A DNA stretch of 64,000 nucleotides, from positions 38,715 through 102,714 of the forward strand of contig JACKKG010000002.1 in the NCBI GenBank assembly GCA_020637515.1. Direction: 5' to 3'. Below, piece after piece: positions 58,838-64,000 of the stretch; positions within the stretch are counted from its first letter, which is position 1, and every line of letters begins with the position of its first letter. The DNA comes from Rhodobacter sp. Lineage in GTDB: Bacteria > Pseudomonadota > Alphaproteobacteria > Rhodobacterales > Rhodobacteraceae. A model generated the notes under the pieces. The model saw nothing but the letters and a program-made list of their open reading frames with translations, was not told where the DNA came from and ran no database searches. A program made the position numbers and the translations under genes.

Positions 58838-59725
58838 TCACCCGGCGCGAAAATGCGGCAAAAAGGCATCGAGCACGGCGGCGGGCGCTTCCTCCATCAC
58901 GAAATGGCCGCTGTCGCAGGGGCTGTCGGTCACCTGCTCGGCCCAGGCGCTCCAGGCTGCGCGGGGGGTGCCGGCGCGGGCCGGAAAGCCCCCGCGCGCC
59001 CACAGGACATGCAGGGGCGCCGACAGGCGGCGGCCAGCCGCGCGGTCGGCTTCGTCATGGTCGCGGTCGGTGGAGGCGCCGGCGCGGTAATCGGCGCACA
59101 TGGCCGCCAGATGCGCGGGATCGGCGGCCTGGGCACGGTAGCTGTCCAGCGCCTGCGGATCGAAGCCGGCCAGCGATTTCGCGCGCGTCCACGAGGTCAT
59201 CAGCGTCTCGATGAACCAGCCGGGGCGGGCGCCGATCAGCGTTTCGGGCAGCGGCGCAGGCTGGGCCAGGAAGGGCCAGTGCCAGATCGCCATGGCAAGA
59301 CCCGCATCCATCGCCCGCCAGTAATCGGCGGTGGGCAGGATTTCGATCACCCCCAACCGATCCACGCGGCCCGGGTGGTCCAGCGCCAGGCGATAGGCCA
59401 CCCGCGCGCCCCGATCGTGGCCGAGGACATGGGCCTTTTCCAACCCGTGGTGGTCCATCAAGGCCACGATGTCGCGCGCCATGCGGCGTTTGGAATAGAC
59501 CGTATGCCCGGCGTCGTCAGCCGGCGCGTCCGAGGCGCCATAGCCGCGCAGATCCGGCACGATCACGTCGAAATGCCGCGCGAACCCCTGCGCGACCGGC
59601 CCCCAGGCGCGATGGTTTTGCGGAAAGCCGTGCAACAGGATCAGCGGCACGCCCCGCCCGCCCCGGCGGACGTGTAGCGAGACCTCGTCCAGATCGACCC
59701 GCGCGCTGGAAAACCCCTGGAACAT
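58838..59725 (-). CDS. Alpha/beta hydrolase (haloacetate dehalogenase/epoxide hydrolase-like)
   Basis: LLHGFPQ, LGHDRGARVAY (Asp nucleophile type) and a C-terminal SGHF segment. ATG 59725 (the track opens at TTG 59728). TGATG overlap with the polA stop. Confidence 0.85.
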   Translation of the reverse strand: MFQGFSSARVDLDEVSLHVRRGGRGVPLILLHGFPQNHRAWGPVAQGFARHFDVIVPDLRGYGASDAPADDAGHTVYSKRRMARDIVALMDHHGLEKAHVLGHDRGARVAYRLALDHPGRVDRLGVIEILPTADYWRAMDAGLAMAIWHWPFLAQPAPLPETLIGARPGWFIETLMTSWTRAKSLAGFDPQALDSYRAQAADPAHLAAMCADYRAGASTDRDHDEADRAAGRRLSAPLHVLWARGGFPARAGTPRAAWSAWAEQVTDSPCDSGHFVMEEAPAAVLDAFLPHFRAG

Positions 59726-62568
59726 CAATGCGCCTGCGCCCAGTTCTGGCCGACGCCCGCGTCCACGATCAGCGGCACGGCGATGTCCACGGCCGGGGCG
59801 GCGGCGCCTTCCATGATCGCCTTGACGCGGGCGATGGTCTCGTCCACGGCGGCGTCCTCGACCTCGAACACCAGTTCGTCGTGGACTTGCAGCAGCATCT
59901 TGGCCGGCAGATCGCGAATCGCCTGGGGGATGCGGATCATCGCGCGGCGGATGATGTCGGCGGCCGTGCCCTGGATCGGCGCGTTGATGGCCCCGCGCCG
60001 GGCAAAACCGGCGGCCGGGCCCTTGGCGTTGATCTCGGGCGTGTGGATGCGCCGGCCGAACAGGGTTTCCACGTAGAGATGCTCGCGCGCGAAGGCGATG
60101 GTGGCGTCCATATAGTCCCGGATGCCCGGGAAACGCTGGAAATACGTGTCGATGAAGTCCTGCGCCTCGGCCCGGGGGATGCGCAGGTTGCGCGCCAGGC
60201 CAAAGCCCGAGATGCCGTAGATCACGCCGAAGTTGATCGCCTTGGCGCGGCGGCGGATCTCGGGCGTCATCTCGTCTAGCGGCACATTGAACATCTGGCT
60301 GGCGGTCATCGCGTGAATGTCCAACCCGTCATGGAACGCCTGTTTCAGCGCCGGGATGTCGGCGGTGTGGGCCAGGATGCGCAGCTCGATCTGGCTGTAG
60401 TCCAGGCTGACCAGTTTCATCCCCGGCCCGGCGACAAAGGCCTCGCGAATGCGGCGGCCTTCCTCGGTGCGGACGGGGATGTTTTGCAGGTTGGGATCGG
60501 TCGAGGCCAGCCGCCCGGTGTTCGCCCCGGTCTGCGCATACGAGGTGTGCACACGCCCGGTTTCCGGGTTGATGTGATTTTGCAGCGCATCGGTATAGGT
60601 CGATTTCAGTTTCGACAGCTGCCGCCAGTCCAGCACCTTTCCGGGCAGTTCGTGTTCGGTTGCCAGGTCTTCCAGAATGTCGGCGCCGGTCGAATAGGCG
60701 CCGTTGCGGCCCTTTTGCCCGCCGGGCAGGCCCAGCTTGTCGAACAGCACCTCGCCCAGTTGCTTGGGCGAGCCGACATTGAAGGGCGCGCCGGCCATCT
60801 CGTGGATCTCGGCCTCGAGCCCGGCCATCGACTGGGCAAAGGCGTTGGACATGCGGCTCAGGGTATCGCGATCGACGGTGATGCCGTGCATCTCCATTTC
60901 GGCCAGGACGGGAACCAGCGGTCGTTCGAGCGTTTCGTAGACCGTCGTGACCTGGGCGACGTGCAGGCGCGGGCGCAGGGTCTGCCACAGGCGCAGCGTG
61001 ATATCGGCATCCTCGGCGGCGTATTTCGTCGCCTCGTCGATCCCGACCTTGTCAAAGGTGCGCTGGGACTTGCCCGATCCGAGCAGAGGTTTGATCGGGA
61101 TCGGCACATGGTTCAGATAGGTTTCCGACAGCACGTCCATGCCGTGATTGTGCAGGCCGGAAAACAGCGCGTAGCTCATCAGCATGGTGTCGTCGAAGGG
61201 CGCGACGGCGATCCCCCGGCGGGCAAGGATCTTGGCGTCATACTTGATGTTCTGCCCGATCTTCAGGATGGCGGGATCCTCGAGCACGGGTTTCAGCGCG
61301 GCCAGCGCGGCCTCGGGGTCGATCTGGCCGGGCAGGCGCGTGGCCGAACCAAAGAGGTCATCGGCGCCCTCGGTGTGCGTGAGCGGGATGTAGCAGGCCT
61401 CGCCGGGCGCCAGCGCCAGCGAGACGCCGACCAGCTCGGCGCGCATTTCATCGAGCGAGGTGGTCTCGGTGTCCACCGCGACATAACCCTGCTCGCGGAT
61501 GCGCGCGACCCAGTCGTTCAGCGTATCGAGATCGCGCACGCACACATAGGCATCGGCGTCGAACGCCTGCGCGGGCGGGGTCGGAACCGGGGTGGTGGCG
61601 CCGGACAGGGCGGACGCGTCCTGCGCAGACGGGTCCGCGGGTTTCGATCCGGGGGCCTCGGACACCGCCGGCGGGGCCACGCCCAGCTTGTCGGCGATGC
61701 GCCGCGTCAGGGTGCGGAATTCCATCCGGCCAAGGAAATCCAGCAAGGTCGCGGGATCGGGGGCGGTCACCGCCAGCGTATCCAGCCCGACCGCGACCGG
61801 CGTGTCGCGCTTGAGCGTGACCAGTTCGCGCGAGATGCGGATCTGGTCGGCCTTTTCCAGCAGCGTCTCGCGCCGCTTGGGTTGCTTGATCTCGGCGGCG
61901 CGCGACAGCAGCGTGTCCAGATCGCCGAATTCGTTGATGAGCAGGGCCGCGGTCTTCAGACCGATCCCGGGCGCGCCGGGCACGTTGTCGGTGGGATCGC
62001 CAGCCAGCGACTGCACGTCCACCACCCGTTCCGGGCCGACACCGAACTTTTCGAACACCTCGGCCGGGCCGATGGTCTTGTTTTTCATCGGATCGAACAT
62101 GTCGATGCCGGGCCCGACCAGTTGCATCAGATCCTTGTCCGAGGAAATGATGGTGCACGAGCCCCCCGCCTCGGCGGCCTGCCGCGCAAGCGTGGCGATG
62201 ATGTCGTCGGCCTCGAATCCCTCCATCTCGATGCAGGCGATGTTGAAGGCGCGCGTGGCCTCGCGGGTAAAGGGGAACTGCGGGCGCAGGTCCTCGGGCA
62301 GGTCCGGGCGGTTGGCCTTGTATTCGGGGTAGATCTCGTTGCGGAAGGTGCGCGAGGACGCATCGAAGATCACCGCGATGTGGGTGGCGCGGGCCTTGTT
62401 GGCCGACCCGTTGGCAACCTCGTTCCAGATCAGGTTGCAAAAGCCCGCGACGGCGCCCACCGGCAGGCCGTCGGATTTGCGGGTGAGTGGCGGCAGGGCG
62501 TGATAGGCGCGAAAGATATAGGCCGATCCGTCGATCAGATGCAGGTGAGAATCCTTGCCGAATGCCAT
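59725..62568 (-). CDS. polA: DNA polymerase I
   Basis: 947 aa from ATG 62568, with GGAGG 6 nt upstream. HLHLIDGSAYIFRAYHA 5'-nuclease N-terminus, VDTETTSLD exonuclease motif, and DYSQIELRILAH and QVHDELVFE polymerase motifs. The track ORF extends artificially to 63036. Confidence 0.97.
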   Translation of the reverse strand: MAFGKDSHLHLIDGSAYIFRAYHALPPLTRKSDGLPVGAVAGFCNLIWNEVANGSANKARATHIAVIFDASSRTFRNEIYPEYKANRPDLPEDLRPQFPFTREATRAFNIACIEMEGFEADDIIATLARQAAEAGGSCTIISSDKDLMQLVGPGIDMFDPMKNKTIGPAEVFEKFGVGPERVVDVQSLAGDPTDNVPGAPGIGLKTAALLINEFGDLDTLLSRAAEIKQPKRRETLLEKADQIRISRELVTLKRDTPVAVGLDTLAVTAPDPATLLDFLGRMEFRTLTRRIADKLGVAPPAVSEAPGSKPADPSAQDASALSGATTPVPTPPAQAFDADAYVCVRDLDTLNDWVARIREQGYVAVDTETTSLDEMRAELVGVSLALAPGEACYIPLTHTEGADDLFGSATRLPGQIDPEAALAALKPVLEDPAILKIGQNIKYDAKILARRGIAVAPFDDTMLMSYALFSGLHNHGMDVLSETYLNHVPIPIKPLLGSGKSQRTFDKVGIDEATKYAAEDADITLRLWQTLRPRLHVAQVTTVYETLERPLVPVLAEMEMHGITVDRDTLSRMSNAFAQSMAGLEAEIHEMAGAPFNVGSPKQLGEVLFDKLGLPGGQKGRNGAYSTGADILEDLATEHELPGKVLDWRQLSKLKSTYTDALQNHINPETGRVHTSYAQTGANTGRLASTDPNLQNIPVRTEEGRRIREAFVAGPGMKLVSLDYSQIELRILAHTADIPALKQAFHDGLDIHAMTASQMFNVPLDEMTPEIRRRAKAINFGVIYGISGFGLARNLRIPRAEAQDFIDTYFQRFPGIRDYMDATIAFAREHLYVETLFGRRIHTPEINAKGPAAGFARRGAINAPIQGTAADIIRRAMIRIPQAIRDLPAKMLLQVHDELVFEVEDAAVDETIARVKAIMEGAAAPAVDIAVPLIVDAGVGQNWAQAH

Positions 62569-62895
62569 GCTGCCGCCTCCGTTCGCGCCCCGTTCCTTGC
62601 CCGACCTTGGTAGCCGCCCCGGGCCGGGCCGTCCAGCCGAACCCGGTGCGCCGGGGGCCGGACGCTTTCGACCGTCCTGCCCTGGCACGCGCCCCAGGTT
62701 GATCTTTGCCGGCGGCCTTGCCATATAGGGGGCGTCTTCCGGTCGGCCTGTGATGGCCATGTGGGTCCCCGTGACCCGGCGCGTTCGGCGCATTCCCCCC
62801 GGAAGCAGTCCCGCCCGGGCTTTGCCTGACCTGCTCCCGCCAAGCGCCGGGACGGGCCGGTTTTCGGCTTTGGGCCCAGACGTGAAGGAGATGAC

Positions 62896-63021
62896 ATGTC
62901 GAACGATCTGAGCAACGACGAACTGCTTGAGCGCATCGAGGAATTGAGCAAGGCGGGCATGACGCAAGCCGCCAGGGCGCTGCAACGCGAACTGGCCTAC
63001 CGCGCGAAACGGACCGCCTGA
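62896..63021 (+). CDS. Putative 41-aa protein (below track length cutoff)
   Basis: My translation is MSNDLSNDELLERIEELSKAGMTQAARALQRELAYRAKRTA*. GAAGGAG lies 6 nt upstream of ATG 62896 and a hairpin follows. No family recognised. Confidence 0.45.
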   Translation: MSNDLSNDELLERIEELSKAGMTQAARALQRELAYRAKRTA

Positions 63022-63042
63022 GACGGCGCCGCGCAATGCAAG

Positions 63043-63067
63043 AAGGGCGGGGTTGATCCCCGCCCTT
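63043..63067. terminator. Hairpin between the small ORF and the convergent pirin gene
   Basis: AAGGGCGGGG-ttgat-CCCCGCCCTT: perfect 10-bp stem. Confidence 0.5.
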
Positions 63068-63095
63068 TCCGTCAGAACTGCCGCCAGCCGCCCGG

Positions 63096-63998
63096 TCAGC
63101 GGATGAAGGTGCCGTTGTTCAACTCCTGAAACGCCCGGCGCAATTCCTCGCGGGTGTTCATGACGATCGGCCCGTGCCAGGCGACCGGCTCCTGGATCGG
63201 CTGGCCGGACACCAGCAGGAAGCGCACCCCCTCGGGCCCGGCCGTCACCACGATCTCGTCGCCGGTGCCGAAGCGCACCAGCGTGCGGTTGCCGCTGAGG
63301 TCGCGGATCGCCAGCTCCTGCCCCGCGAATTCCTTTTCCACCCGCACCCCTTGCGGGCCAGACGCATCCCGGAACGTGCCCGCACCCGCAAAGATATAGG
63401 CAAAGGTGTTCGCATGGGTATCGACCGGCAGCACCTTGCGGGTGTTCGGCGGCACCGACACGTCCAGATAGAGCGGGTCGGCCGCGATACCGTCCACCGG
63501 CCCCCGCCGGCCCCAGAACCGGCCGGTGATGATGCGCACCGCCGTGCCGTCGTCATCGACCACCGTCTCGATGTCGCCGGCCTGCACGTCCTGATACCGC
63601 GGCGCGGTCATTTTCAGGTCGCGTGGCAGATTGGCCCACAGCTGGAACCCGTGCATCTGCCCCCGCGCGTTGCCCAGCGGCATCTCCTGATGCAGGATGC
63701 CCGAGCCCGCCGTCATCCACTGCACGGACCCGGGCCCCAAGCGCCCCTTGTTGCCCAGCGAATCGCTGTGCTCGACCGAGCCTTCCAGCACATAGGTGAT
63801 CGTCTCGATCCCGCGGTGCGGGTGCCAGGGAAACCCCTTGCGATACAGCGCCGGATCGTCGTTGCGGAAATCGTCGAGCAGCAGGAACGGATCGGCCTCG
63901 GCCGGGTCGCCAAAGCCGAAGACACGGTGCAGGTGCACCCCTGCCCCTTCCAGCGTCGGTTGCGCCAGACGGGTCGCGGTCACGGGTCGGAACGTCAT
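63096..63998 (-). CDS. Pirin-family protein
   Basis: 300 aa. FPWHPHRGIETITYVLEG cupin metal motif and WMTAGSGILHQEMP. ATG 63998 checked. Confidence 0.92.
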   Translation of the reverse strand: MTFRPVTATRLAQPTLEGAGVHLHRVFGFGDPAEADPFLLLDDFRNDDPALYRKGFPWHPHRGIETITYVLEGSVEHSDSLGNKGRLGPGSVQWMTAGSGILHQEMPLGNARGQMHGFQLWANLPRDLKMTAPRYQDVQAGDIETVVDDDGTAVRIITGRFWGRRGPVDGIAADPLYLDVSVPPNTRKVLPVDTHANTFAYIFAGAGTFRDASGPQGVRVEKEFAGQELAIRDLSGNRTLVRFGTGDEIVVTAGPEGVRFLLVSGQPIQEPVAWHGPIVMNTREELRRAFQELNNGTFIR

Positions 63999-64000
63999 GA

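Noticed and set aside
62799-62835. SRP (4.5S) RNA-like strings CCGGAAGCAG and CCTGACCTG in the polA upstream region.
   Set aside because: The conserved domain IV sequence (GGUCCGGAAGGAAGCAGCC on one strand, with a GNRA tetraloop) is not reproduced. The two strings lie on opposite strands in sense. The local pairing does not give the helix 8 structure.

Overview
This is a high-GC segment (about two-thirds G+C by eye) of an alphaproteobacterial chromosome. Gene content and protein sequences look most like Rhodobacterales/Paracoccaceae; for example, the cytochrome oxidase subunit IV-like peptide closely resembles Paracoccus CtaH. The window is densely packed core genome. I support 63 protein-coding genes, four of them absent from the ORF track: the copA 5' part, which runs off the edge, and three small ORFs of 39-55 aa. 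I also support several intrinsic terminators and a few operator-like sites.

Recognisable genes include copA', mobA, pyrG, secG, purA, sdaA, scpAB, nagZ, argS, dgt, erpA, lysA, argH, phaAB, ispB, ispE, ETF-QO, greA, azlCD, tsaC, panE, dapF, mtaB and polA.

The track opens ORFs at ATG, GTG or TTG and often over-extends them in this GC-rich DNA. I re-derived starts from family N-termini and checked each start codon in the sequence. Many genes are translationally coupled through ATGA or TGATG overlaps.

By eye I found no rRNA, tRNA, CRISPR array, transposase, integrase or prophage genes, and no obvious defence island. I therefore cannot point to a clear self-contained novel system. The best leads are:
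1. An exact alphaproteobacterial LexA box (GTTC-N7-GTTC) in the promoter of a PA0069/SplB-like radical SAM gene, divergent from an orphan corrinoid protein.
2. A LacI/PurR-like regulated operon (NCS2 permease, deaminase-type amidohydrolase, TauE) with an unusual 28-bp perfect palindromic double operator.
3. A 799-aa acidic Ala/Glu-rich protein containing a 39-nt x7 in-frame tandem repeat.
4. Unannotated micro-ORFs and leader structures: an argH-lipoprotein-DUF2834-lysA chain, a greA leader terminator, and the polA upstream region.

All family assignments come from my recognition of motifs. No database search was run.
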